Source: Octopus sinensis
Taxonomy: Eukaryota
DNA length: 64,000 bases
Direction of reading: 5' to 3'
Assembly: GCF_006345805.1 (NCBI RefSeq)
Contig: NC_043001.1
Span: forward strand, 20,150,001 to 20,214,000
Of this stretch, positions 1 through 11,597 are shown in pieces. Below the pieces are notes generated by a model that saw only the letters and a program-made list of their open reading frames with translations, did not search any database and had not been told where the DNA came from. The translations under genes were made by a program, and so were the position numbers. The first letter of the stretch is position 1; every line of letters begins with the position of its first letter.

Positions 1-708
1 TGAAGGCAGGCATTTCAGTTATAAAGATACTAATCAAACAAGTCATATGCATAAGTGAAATAGTTGAAATTCTTTCTATGCTAAACAAATTATTATTATT
101 TAATAATACAGATGAAAATAATTGTTTTATCAATTTGGAAGATATATTAAAGCCCTTATAGTTTTTTTTTTTTTGTTGAAATTTTGTTCAATAGTCTATT
201 CAAAGATACTGAATATATATTTAAAGAAAACATATATTTAAATCATTAATTAAATTTTAAGTTACCTTAGATAATTAATGAACAAAGGGTTCAATGAAAA
301 GAAATAAGATAATGGCTTATTTTTAGTGAATTTTCATACATTATACTTTATCTATCACAGATAATGGCAAGCAGTAGGAAAGTTTTCAAAATCTTTTCTG
401 ATTTATAAGGAAATCCTAAAAATTATTCCCAAATATGCTGTTTGTAAGTTTTGTGAACGGACCTTTCAATCAACTAGACAAACTCTATTTATAAACATTT
501 CATAAACTTAAATCTGTTTTGGTTTTTCTATCCACATAATAAATAATTACAAATTGATAACATTTTCCATGTTTTTAGAGTTTAAAATATCCCAAAATAT
601 TCTATAACAGTTACTAAAAAAAGCTAAAGTAAATAAAAAAAAATAAAAATAACGATTAAAAATCTTTTTTCTCAATCATATTTGAATATAGAAATAATAC
701 TTTCTTAC

Positions 709-914
709 ATAGCACATGGCCACGACTTTGAGAGAGGATGGAATAGTCTGGGATATTGAATCCAGCATTTGACAAGTTCTTTATTATATCAACCCCAGGA
801 GGAGGAAAAGTGAAGTTGACTTCACCAAAATTTGAACTCACAACATAAAGGGATTGCAAACTAAATACAGTAGGCATTTTGTCCAATGCTCTACAGATAT
901 GCCAATCTGTTACC
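709..914 (-). CDS. Candidate orphan internal coding exon (68 aa), gene unknown
   Basis: Acceptor ttattattag|G and donor CTAT|GTAAGA; 206 nt = 1+68x3+1; VTDWHICRALDKMPTVFSLQSLYVVSSNFGEVNFTFPPPGVDIIKNLSNAGFNIPDYSILSQSRGHVL; inside the stop-free ORF 656-976; the other two minus frames stop early. Confidence 0.5.
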
Positions 915-1830
915 CTAATAATAATAAAAATCCTTAATGAAACAACCAATAATTCAAAGATATTAAAACTGAACATAATTCAGCAGTAAAAATACAGGAT
1001 AAAAATATTGTAACACCTGCTTATTATTGTAAGTAATGGAATACACTGGAACCTTTTGTAGTTACAGTGGCATTGACAACTACAAGTTATGTATATGATA
1101 TAAAGATCAGTGAAAGTTTATATCACATTACTACAAAACAATTCGCTGATTTAGTGAGGGGAGGGGATAAGTAAATAAGCCCTAATGCACATTATCTCAT
1201 TATCTTTGAAAAGTTCTTTTTTTCTGGTTGGAAGATAGGAAATACAAAAATTTCAATTTTTTTAAAGCATTTCTTTTTTTTTTTTCTTTATTATTATTAA
1301 TTTTTTTTTTTTCAACTTTTTCCTTTCAATTATGTGTGTAAGTAAAGATTGAAATATTGCTGTCATTGCAATAGAAGCAATCCACAAATTTCAAGCAGGC
1401 CAAACTCTTCGGCATCGAGAATGTTTCTAAGGTGGTATCATCCATAGTAAAATCTAGCCAAAGAATAAGAATACTTGATAAGTTGTTTTCTTGTGCTGTC
1501 TTTTTTTTTTTTGGAAATTTTTTCTTTTTTAATTATTTTTTGGCAATGTTTCTATTCTTTAGAATTCTGAATGCCACATTTAGTAGTTCCATCTATTGTT
1601 ACCAATTACTCATTAAAAAGGAGATAAAATATTAGTTTATAATGTGAAAGGAGCAGAAAGAAAATAGTTATATTGTCACAATATAAGTTATTGCATTGGA
1701 AATATACAGTTGTCTGATATAATTGATAAGTGAGGAGGCCAAAGCATACTACGGACAGTCAGCTTTAGAAAGGAGAGACTAGATTGTAGTTCAGTTAAAG
1801 TCTCAAACAACTAAAAAGATTAAGATCTCT

Positions 1831-1930
1831 TCAGTCTCTGTCTGCTTCAATAATTAAGTTTGGATGAAGAGCTTGGATTTTCTCTAGATTCTTCACTCGC
1901 TTGCACCCGTACAAATGTAGAGTTGTCAAT
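1831..1930 (-). CDS. F-box/LRR gene, last coding exon (exon 14)
   Basis: aaatttccag|A TTG ACA...; (R)LTTLHLYGCKRVKNLEKIQALHPNLIIEADRD then TGA at 1833-1831; continues the LRR pattern in phase. Confidence 0.85.
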
Positions 1931-3182
1931 CTGGAAATTTAAAGAGAAGTATCACAACTGGTCAAAATATTTGTCAACTGGAATGTTCTGGAAAGATTTA
2001 AATAAAAAGAGAAAAAACCAAACTACCCATTATAATTATCTCACATCATTCTAAAAAAAAACCTGAAAAATGTTTATTCTTTGTGGGACCTGTTTGTAAT
2101 TTTAGCTAAGTAGATGTGCCGGTGGCACGTAAAAGCACCCACTACACTCTCGGAGTGGTTGGCATTTGGAATGGCATCCAGCTGTAGAAACTCTGCCAGA
2201 TCAAGATTGGAGCCTGGTGCAGCCATCTGGTTCGCCAGTCCTCAGTCAAATCGTCCAACCCATGCTAGCATGGAAAGCGGACGTTAAACGAGGATGATGC
2301 TAACCAAATTAGAATCTTAATCTGATGCTGATTAACTCTTGAAATGAACAACCAGGTAAATATTTTCCAGTAATGTATATAAAGCTTCTAGTTTTTGTGA
2401 TGTTAGCGCAAAAGTAGCTTTTAATCTACTTGGCATACTGCATCATTAGAGCAGAGAAAAATATCAAGGTACTAAAATCTATGAAATAAATCATATAAAT
2501 CACTTGGATTTTTATAGCATAATCATTAAACAATTTCCCAGCTCATCTAAGAACAACAATTATCTAAGATCAAACCTCAGTGTATCCCCATAGCTTCTTA
2601 GGCATGCCATTGTCTTTGCCACTTGATATTATCTCACAAAAGTTCTACACAATAATGCACAATCTCATCTTCTGTTTTACTTGTTTCAGTATATAAACTG
2701 TGGCCATACTGAGGTAACTCCTTGAAGAATTTTAATTGAGCGAATCAAACCCTGAGCTTCCTTCTTTTTTGTTTTTAAAGCCTGGTACTTATTCTATTGA
2801 TCTCTTTTGTCAAACCATCAAGTGACAGGGATGTAAACACACCAACACTGGTTGTCAAGCAGTGGTGGGGGACAATCACAGTCACAAAGATGTGCACAAC
2901 ACACACACACACCTTATATATACGACAGGCTTTTATCACTTCCTATCTACCAAATCCACTCACAAAGCTTCGGTTGGTCTGAGGTTATAGTAGTAGACAC
3001 TTGCCCAAGGTGCCACACAGTGGGACTGAACCCAGAACCATGTGGTTAGGAAGCAAACTTCTTACCAAGCAGCCACTTCTAAACAGTTGTCTTCAATACC
3101 CAGTCACTCCTTCAATTTAATGACAATCAATATTATTTATATGAAGGACTGACAGCTCTGCAATCGTCAGGTAAATGCAAAT

Positions 3183-3490
3183 TCAGTTGCTGACTTTGGA
3201 GAGAGAGTTCAAGAGACCGTGAAACTGCCCAGGGGTAAACAGGTAGGACCGCTCACCGCAATCGCAAGGGGACTCAGTCCGCTGCTTCCTGCCGAGGCGC
3301 CATCGTTGCTGACGAACGTGCCGGTGGCGGCCGCTCGTCTGCAGCCTCATCAGTGTTCGATTTCTGGGGTGCCAGCATCGGACACACTTCCCCTCCGATC
3401 CGTCATTGCGACCCGTTCCTGAGTGAATGTACGGGTCAGACCACGCTGGACAGTCACGCTCTAGGTGACCGTCGCACCCCAAGGGGTTCT
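3183..3490 (-). mobile_element. GC-rich insert, possibly a retroelement gag/ORF1 fragment
   Basis: Abrupt GC-rich block in an AT-rich intron; minus ORF has GHLERDCP (H-x4-C knuckle half) and CVRCWH. Confidence 0.35.
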
Positions 3491-3619
3491 AGACTACATT
3501 ATACATTATTATAAGATTAATTCTTTCAAGACTGGAAATCTAATCACTCAAAACATACAGAAATCATGAAAGACATACAGAGAAATTTTAGAAGGCGAAA
3601 AATTAATTACAATACTAAC

Positions 3620-3730
3620 CTTTTACAACTATTAGTGAGTTTTGTTAGACTGGTCTCAGTAATTCCAGTAATAAAATTAAGTTTTAAAGTTTCAAGATCA
3701 TTTGATCCCTGTTCAGCTAGTCTGCATATA
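3620..3730 (-). CDS. F-box/LRR gene, coding exon 13
   Basis: ttttaaaatag|T...AG|gttagt; ICRLAEQGSNDLETLKLNFITGITETSLTKLTNSCK; 111 nt, phase fits both neighbours. Confidence 0.88.
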
Positions 3731-3818
3731 CTATTTTAAAAAGATAAAGAATGAAAATACAAAAAGAAAATAAATAAAAAATGAAATATTAGAAATACTA
3801 AAATAAAATTAATGCAAT

Positions 3819-4143
3819 TGTAACATGGAAGGTGTTTATAAGCCATTTAAGAAACACACAAAATCTGTTAGATTTAAATTTAATTTGTCAAAATATTTTC
3901 GTCGCTTTGAGACCGCGACCTGTTTACTGATGAAATTCCGATGCAGCACGGAATTTTATCAGTGAACAGGTTGTGGTCTCAAAGCAACGAAAATATTTTG
4001 ACAAATTAAATTTAAATGTTGAAGTGAATCTAACGGATTTCATGTGTTTCTTAAATGGCTTATAAACACCTTCCACACTGCAATTGTTTTCGTTGCAGCA
4101 CACGATCTCAGATCAGGTCACTTGCTATGCAAGTACATCTCTG
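3819..4143 (+). mobile_element. Fold-back element (~270-bp hairpin plus 57-bp tail) with 15-bp TSD and a hammerhead-like fold
   Basis: Arms about 3813-3940 and 3949-4086 are reverse complements; TAAAATTAATGCAAT at 3804-3818 and 4144-4158. Confidence 0.8.
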
Positions 4144-4699
4144 TAAAATTAATGCAATAATCCCATATTAAAGAAAATAATAGATCATATTAATTCTTAA
4201 AATTTTATTTATTTCACAAAGTATTCTCCTAATTCATTTTCAAACACCTGTTCTTTTACGTAATTTCAGTTTTTTGAGAAAATGGTACTTATGATACACC
4301 ACTTGATAAACTCTTATTTTTTTTATAATCACAATGTGAAAAAGTTTGAAGAAAGTAAATTGAACATTTTGATACATAAAATCTATATATGTACAACAGG
4401 CTTCCAGAGTTTCTGTCAGCCAAATTCACTCATAAAGCATTGGTTGGCCCAGAGCTATAGTAGAAGACACTTGTCCAAGGTGCTGCACTTTGGGACCGAA
4501 CCTGAAACCACAAGGTTGTAAAGTGATTTTCTTAACCACAGTCATACCTGTACCTACAAAATTTTAAACACTTTTATGTTCCTTTTTCAAACTTGTGGTT
4601 TATGAAGTAAATCATTAGGTTTCATTCAAAGTGCTGTTTGCATTAATGCCTTACAAAAATCCAAATAATGAAATCAATCATTTTTATTTATTTATGCGC

Positions 4700-5000
4700 C
4701 CTTTTCAAGCTGAGCCAGGCTCATTGGCCCGGTTTCCTGGTTTCTATGGTGTATGTGTTCCCCCCAGCTGGATGGGACGCCAGTCCATTGCAGTGTTACT
4801 CGAGAAACAGGAAGAAAGAGAGAAAGTTGGGGCGAAAGAGTACAACAGGGGTCGGGTCGCCACCACCCACTGCCAGAGCCTCGTAGAGCGTTAGCTGTTT
4901 TCGCTCAATAAACACACACAACACCTGGTCTGGGAATCGAAACCGCGATCCTCTGACCGTGAGTTTGCTGCCCTAACCACTGGGCCATTGCACCTCCATG
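4700..5000 (-). mobile_element. tRNA-derived SINE, family F variant
   Basis: A-box and B-box on the minus strand; shares the GATGGGACGCCAGTCC body and tail with copies at 22223, 35923 and 55757. Confidence 0.75.
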
Positions 5001-5049
5001 AAATCAATCATGCTTTTGTAATTTTTCTGAGAAATAGATATTGTTCAGG

Positions 5050-5398
5050 TATGGAAATTGTAGTTGTGATACCAGTGCCGGTGGCACGTAAGAGAACCAT
5101 CCGAATGTGGCCGTTGCCAGCGCCGCCCTGACTGGCCTCCATGCCGGTGGCACGTAAAAAGCACCAACCGATCGTGGCCGTTGCCAGCCTTGTCTGGCAC
5201 CTGTGCCGGTGGCATGTAAAAAGCACCCACTACACTCTCAGAGTGGTTGGCATTAGGAAAGGCATCCAGCTGTAGAAACACTACCAGATCAGACTGGAGC
5301 CTGGTGCAGCCTCTTGGCTTCCCAGACCCCAGTTGAACCGTCCAACCCATGCTAGCATGGGAAGCGGACGTTAAACGATGATGATGATGATGCTGATG
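5050..5398 (+). mobile_element. Family A retroposon with internal tandem units and (GAT)n tail
   Basis: Ends GGACGTTAAACGATGATGATG; units contain GTGCCGGTGGCAC; related copies near 2115, 8115, 9725, 14140, 15010, 29890, 30511, 32525, 41371, 45440, 46300 and 46952. Confidence 0.85.
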
Positions 5399-5473
5399 AT
5401 AAATTAAACCTAAAGCATTCACTTTATATTACGAAAAAGAACTTTCCTGAACAATGATGGTTAAAATTCTTAC

Positions 5474-5590
5474 CTTTTGTATGTGCAGCCTGTAGAACTG
5501 ATATCTAAATAAACAAGCTGGCGACAGTTGGTAGCTAATCGGTTTACACTCTCGTCTGTGATTAGCTTGCATCCACAAACATCAATACTC
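5474..5590 (-). CDS. F-box/LRR gene, coding exon 12
   Basis: ccccttcaag|G...AG|gtaaga; SIDVCGCKLITDESVNRLATNCRQLVYLDISSTGCTYK; 117 nt; Cys-containing LRR. Confidence 0.92.
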
Positions 5591-5851
5591 CTTGAAGGGG
5601 AAAAATGACAAGAACAATTTAAATGAACAACATAAGACTATGTTTGGAGATAGAAACAATCACTTGGAACATGATAAATCAAGAATCTTTCAGAACAATT
5701 GTTCTATCTGAAGAGTTGTCAGACCTTGATATTTCATCTAACTTAAGGATTCCATTTAAGTACAGGAAATATTTTTAAAAAAAGTTCAGTAATTATAAAG
5801 AATAAATTCAAATAAAAATGATCTGAAAATAATAACACCATCTAAATATTT

Positions 5852-5993
5852 ACATTATTTACAATTGACGGATATTTGTCCTCATCTTGTTTGTTGTTAA
5901 CACAACATTTCGGCTGATATAACCTCCAGCCTTCATCAGGTGTCTTGGGGAAATTTCGAACCTGGGTTCTCATTCCTAAGGTATTTTTTGATG

Positions 5994-6029
<36 letters not shown>

Positions 6030-6224
6030 TCACTGCCTGGAATCGAACTCGGAATCTTAAGGTTAGTAGCCTATACTCTTAACCACTACGCCATATGCCC
6101 ATGATGAAGGCTGGAGGGTACATCAGCCGAAACATTGTGTTAACAACAAACAAGATGAGGACAAATATCCGTCAATTGTAAATAATGTACATAATTCCTC
6201 ATCTCTCAAATATAGAACTGTATT
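5852..6224 (-). mobile_element. Family D: tRNA-headed element with hammerhead-like 3' part (5852-6100) plus inverted partial copy (6101-6224)
   Basis: A-box TGGCGTAGTGG and B-box GAGTTCGATTCC; CTGATGA-stem-GAAA motif; near-identical 12-mers ATCTAAATATTT / ATCCAAATATTT flank the whole unit. Confidence 0.85.
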
Positions 6225-6785
6225 ATCCAAATATTTGTCTTGGGAAATTTCCGAAACTATTGTCTGATTAAATGTAATTTTTTTTACATTGGCATAAGAC
6301 ATGCATTGTAGAATAGGGAAACAGTCTACTGAATAAAGTCCAGTTTATGACTGCATCTAATTTCATCTATCTTATACGGATGAATGCAGAATACAGAGGA
6401 ATGAAACTACTACAAGATATATAACGACAATGATACTGATTTAATTATTTTGATGCATTAATTATGTTAGAAAACTGATGGTCTATAACAAAACAAAGTC
6501 ATCAGTGAAAAGTAAAATTTGGAAATTGGTGGTGAAGTTAAATATTTATATTTTAGTCCACTAATTCATTTTGTTATCTTACTCCGCTTTTCATATCATT
6601 TAAAAAAAGTATTTATTTAAATTAAACAAGGATAAACTTATTTGCAGTTGACTGACTTAGTTATCCGAATCAGGGGCTGTTAGTTGTATGTGAATGTGCA
6701 TGGATTAGCCAGGTTGATAGAGTTTTTGACAATCAAACAAGAAGTCTATTTCGAAATACAAAGTTCATAGAATGGTAAAGATCAA

Positions 6786-7168
6786 TATTCTTTTCTATAC
6801 TAGGCATAAGGCCCGAAATTTTTGGGGAGGAGGCCAGTCGATTAGATCAACTCCGGTACACAACTGGTACTTAATTTATCGACCCCGAAAGGATGAAAAG
6901 CAAAGTCGACCTTTGTAGAATTTGAACTCAGAACGTAAAGACAGACAAAATACCTATTTCTTTACTACCCACAAGGGGCTAAACACAGAGAGGACAAACA
7001 GATTAAGTCGATTATATCGACTCCAGTGCGTAACAGGTACATATTTAATCGACCCCGAAAGAATGAAAGGCAAAGTCGACCTTGGCAGAATTTGAACTCA
7101 GAACATAAAGACAGACGAAATACTGCCAAGCATTTCGCCCGGCGTGCTAATGTTTCTGCCAGCTTGCC
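6786..7168 (-). mobile_element. Family C SINE with tandemly duplicated body
   Basis: Head CTGGCAGAAACATTAGCACGCC; body with CTTTCATCCTTTCGGGGTCGAT occurs twice; same layout at 31555-31948 (-) and 62654-63075 (+); monomers near 17160, 21190, 26420, 27870, 42950, 45170 and 51300. Confidence 0.85.
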
Positions 7169-7710
7169 AGTTTAAAGTAAGACCTCAAAGTGGTACCATT
7201 TCAGTAAAGCAGCACCAGCAGTTGTTAGTGGAACTGCAGAGTGGTACAGATCACAATTGCAAGTTCTAGCAGCACTATTACATTGACAAGTGTCCTTTTA
7301 GCTGGCAGTGTTGAATTCAACTCCCAAACACATCAAATCCTGTCAAATTATTCAACCCATGCCAGAATGGAAGCTGGTTATTAAATAATGAAGATGTACT
7401 TAGGAACATGAAGTCAATTATTTGACAGTGTATAAGCCCATAGATTCAAACAGCCCTTGTATTCTTATTTTAGCGACTCAAAGGATGACAGGCAAAGCAA
7501 GCACATCAAGATTTGAACTTGGGGCCTACTAACATCTCTATGAGTCCATCACCCAACTTAATATGCAGTGTTTGTTGAACCACTATGTTCACTCAATCAG
7601 TTAATGCTTTACAAATGGAACATCAGACAATTTCCAAATTCTGATAAAAATTCTCAATATCTTTTTTTATTTTTGTAATTGTGTATAAATTTATGTCAAA
7701 ACGGACTTAC

Positions 7711-7838
7711 CGGATACCTGGAAGAGTGGAAGCTATCTTTTGCATAGCATTGTTACTAATATTTGGACAATTGGCCAATGCTAAAGTGTGTAACCGGGAA
7801 CAGTTAGCAACAATCTTTTCAATACAACTATCTTTGAT
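7711..7838 (-). CDS. F-box/LRR gene, coding exon 11
   Basis: tttgttttag|ATC...CG|gtaagt; IKDSCIEKIVANCSRLHTLALANCPNISNNAMQKIASTLPGI; 128 nt. Confidence 0.92.
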
Positions 7839-8753
7839 CTAAAACAAAAAGAAATAAACAAAGAAAATTAAATAATTCCTCATCATTAAATTTTTATGAT
7901 GCAATATTATTCCTACTGATGAGTAAAAAATAATGTAAAGATAGATGAAAATAATTTTGATATGTATTTATATTTGTTGCTTAACTCCAGATCATCTTCA
8001 ACCCTTTGATCAAAGATATTCCAGCTGTAATTACCCCTTTTTTTTACTAATTATATTTAAAAGTTAACTTTCTTTTATTATTACCATTGTCAACACCAAC
8101 ATCAAAATAAAAATCAAATGGAAATTGTAGTTAAGATACCCGTGCCAGTGACATGTAAAAAGCACCGCCCAAACGTGGCAGATGCCAGCGCCGCCTGACT
8201 GGCGTCGGTGACACGTAAAAGCACCAACCCATCATGGCCGTTTTCCAGCCTCCCCTGGCCCCTGTGCCGGTGGCACATAAAAAGCACCCACTGTACTCAT
8301 GGAGTAGTTGGCGTTAGGAAGGGCATCCAGCTCTAGAAACACTGCCAGATCAGACTGGAGCCTGGTGCAGCCTCCTGGCTTCCCAGACCCCGGTTGAACC
8401 ATCTAACCCATGCTAGCATGGAAAATGGATGTTAAACGATGATGATGATGATTGTATGATTTGAAACAGATTTGGTTATTACCTCTAATAGGTCAAGTGA
8501 TCATGTAGGGGTTAGCTCATATTACTACTAGTAATTACAGATGTCTTTAGTGTTTTTTTTTACCTGAACTGTACTGAGCCACATAGACATGAGAATCTAC
8601 AGTCACCTAATCTGCAAGAAATAGTAACCAAATTTCCCTCCAAGCCAAACTATCATCTTATAAAGGAAACATCAGATAATATGAGCCCTTACCCTCACCA
8701 TAAATATGCCTTAAAAAAATTAGATAGTCATCACTGGAACGTCCGTCCCTTAA

Positions 8754-8972
8754 CCCTTTCGTTCCCAACCCGGCTGAAACTGGCTCTGGCTCCAAGTACA
8801 AATGTCTTGTTTTCATAAGTTTTGAATTAAAATCTTCCACCAAACCTTTGTCACAATTTATGTTCCTAATACTAGCTGAATGATAACTAAGTTATTTTAC
8901 TAAATTCTTTGTTATATTTAAAATTAATTGAAAGAAACAGAGAGCATCTCAAAATAAACAGTAACGGAAGGG
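8754..8972. mobile_element. piggyBac-like MITE
   Basis: TTAA flanks and CCCTT...AAGGG ends; homologous copy in the opposite orientation at 33574-33793. Confidence 0.8.
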
Positions 8973-9226
8973 TTAATCAAGTTCTGTTTAATGAAGACTA
9001 ACTTAAGGCTAAACAAATAACTTATAGACGTTTCTGAATCCCAGATACTTTATTTCTTTAAAGAAAACTGAAATTATAATCATGTCAAATTGATTGCCAA
9101 TAAAAACTGTAGGATGAAGTTTTATTTCTAAGGTGTTCCAATAAAGTTATAACTTAGCAAAACAAATTTTAGATTTCTATGTGAGTACAACGAACTAAAG
9201 TCACATAAAAGAAAAAAAGTTATTAC

Positions 9227-9304
9227 CTGCTTACAACCCCTGAGATCCAAGTTTTGAACGCAGCATAAACTACTTGATACTTCAGCAATGCAGGAATCTG
9301 TCAG
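9227..9304 (-). CDS. F-box/LRR gene, coding exon 10
   Basis: ctattgcttag|CTG...CAG|gtaata; LTDSCIAEVSSSLCCVQNLDLRGCKQ; 78 nt. Confidence 0.92.
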
Positions 9305-11485
9305 CTAAGCAATAGAAAACAATAATATCAATTAGAACCATCATATCTAATAATGCCAATGTATTCCATATTCTGTACATGAAGTACCTTGAAACAGCAA
9401 AGAAAACAACACATGCCTTGATCATCCCCATATACAACAAATCTTTTGTGTTTCTTCAAGAAGCATACCACATTCTTCAGAGACAGTTGTATATGAGTGT
9501 TCTCATTAAAAACACTTCAATTAAAAAAAAAAAGAAAGTAATTCTGATAGGCAATTAAAATAAAAATGAAAAGGTTTGCCATTGTGCAAGTGTAGCATAT
9601 TTCTCAATGTGAAATACTAGTTAATGTTCATAATATATACATTAAAATGAAGTATAAGCAACTGGATGTACAAAGGCTGCATGCAGGCCTTTAGGAATTT
9701 TTACGTGGCAAATGTAATATGATTTATCATCATCGTTTAATGTCCGCTTTCCAGACTAGCATGGGTTGGACGATTTGACTGAGGACTGGCGAACCAGATG
9801 GCTACACCAGGCTCCAGTCTGATCTGGCAGAGTTTCTACAGCTGGATGCCCTTCCTAATGCCAACCACTCCATGAGTGTAGTGGGTGCTTTTATGTGCCA
9901 CCGGCAAGAGGGCCAGTCAGGTGGTACTGGCAGTGGCTGTGCTCAAATGGTGTTTTTTACATGCCACCAGCACTGGCAATGACCTCGCTCGAATGTTTTT
10001 CATGTGCCACCGGCACAAGTGTCAGTAAGGCGATGTGATTATATTAATATTTCATCAAAATTGTAAAAGAGACAATTTCATTTCTTTCCGTCTTTCTCAA
10101 AATATCTGTATAAATGTCTGGTGATGCTTCTCAGTTCCTCATGACTTGTAGTTAAGAAGCTTACTTCCCAACCACATGATATCCAGTTCAATCCCACTGT
10201 GTGACATCTTGGAAAAGTGTCTGCCACTATTGTCCCAGGATGACCAAAGACTTGGAAGACTTGGGAATGGATTTGGTAGACAGAAACTGAACGAAGCCTG
10301 TCATATATGCTTCTGTATGTGTATTTCCTATCTTGACATCACATGATGGCTGTTAAGGAAATATAAGTGGTTTTGTTCATTTCTTTCCAATATTCCATGA
10401 AAACTGTCTGGCCATGGGGAGATATTACTTTGCTTGGAAACTAGTCAGAGTTGGCATTTGGAAGAAAATCTGCTTCATAAAATTTTATCTAACTTATGCA
10501 AACATGGAAAAGTGAATGTTAATTTACTCTTTTAAAGGTTTGGTTCAATTTATGATGGGCAATACATCTCTCAGAAACCTTAAGCCCGTATCAGCCTAAA
10601 ATATTTTATGTTGTAGTTTCTCTTGGCAAATCATGGGCGACAACTCTTACCAAAAATTTCACTGTTTGGTTCTATCAGTGGGCTTTATTATTTATCATTT
10701 TTTAAAATTTCCGTCTCATAATTTCCTTTAGATTTCTCTTCTGGCAAGATTGTAGTTGAAACCATCATTGTATTGTTTACATATGGCTACAAATAAGCAG
10801 TCTACTATAAAACTGGTAAATTAATGTTTATATATATATATATATAATACAAAATGGGACAAGAACGCAAAACATCCAGATAGATTATACAAAAAACAAG
10901 GACGGGTCATTCAAAGCTTTCTATCCTCAGTCAAGAACCAGATCATCCTCGCAATTTCGGCAGATTAATCTTGAGATTGCTCCAATCTGACCAGCCCCAA
11001 GGAAAAACTAAGCTAAGAGCATTAGATTCCTTGGAAGAAAGCATTGAATGTATACAAAAACAAGGACAGAAAAAAACAATGTTACACAAATATAAATACA
11101 ATATATACACACACAAATATACATAAATATATATTTTTTTAATTTGGTTATCACCACAACTGTCTAGTGAACGGTCTCATAAAACTAGGTACCATTTTGT
11201 GAAGATTTTTTTGGTTTTAATAACTAGTATGTTATTCTACTTTTGGTACTTGACTATTTTTTCCACCTTGCTTCGCATTTATGTGCAAACTTGTGTACAC
11301 ACACACACAGTTCAAACATTTCCTACAGAGTTGCTGAACTTGATCTGAAGGAACAAAAACTTATAATTACAACCATTCTTCCCTAAACAGTTACCATTTT
11401 ACAGCAAGTCTGAAATATGTTTGAAGCACATTGAATATGATTTTTCATGCATCTCTTAAGACACAGAATAAGAGACGAACATTAC

Positions 11486-11597
11486 CTTATAACATTGTCC
11501 TAGCTGTAAGGTGCGTAGATTAGTGCATACACTAGCAAGGTGCCGGATTCCTCGAGAAGTGATGTTAAAACAGCCAAACATTTCTAATTCTTGTAAG
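11486..11597 (-). CDS. F-box/LRR gene, coding exon 9
   Basis: ctacatttcag|C...AAG|gtaatg; LQELEMFGCFNITSRGIRHLASVCTNLRTLQLGQCYK; 112 nt. Confidence 0.93.

Noticed and set aside
361-443. Plus-strand exon-like segment (cacag|...|gtaagt)
   Set aside because: All three frames contain stops and no partner exons were found; probably chance sites in AT-rich DNA.
1335-1635. LRR-looking minus frame (ILWLDFTMDDTTLETF...) and plus ORF 1432-1635
   Set aside because: In-frame TAA, poly-K/F from homopolymers and no usable donor; most likely 3' UTR.
10850-11100. Repeat in (TA)n with CTGAGGA and CCGAAA on the minus strand, possible hammerhead
   Set aside because: The motifs are in the wrong order or lack GAAA and stem I; no complete fold could be drawn.
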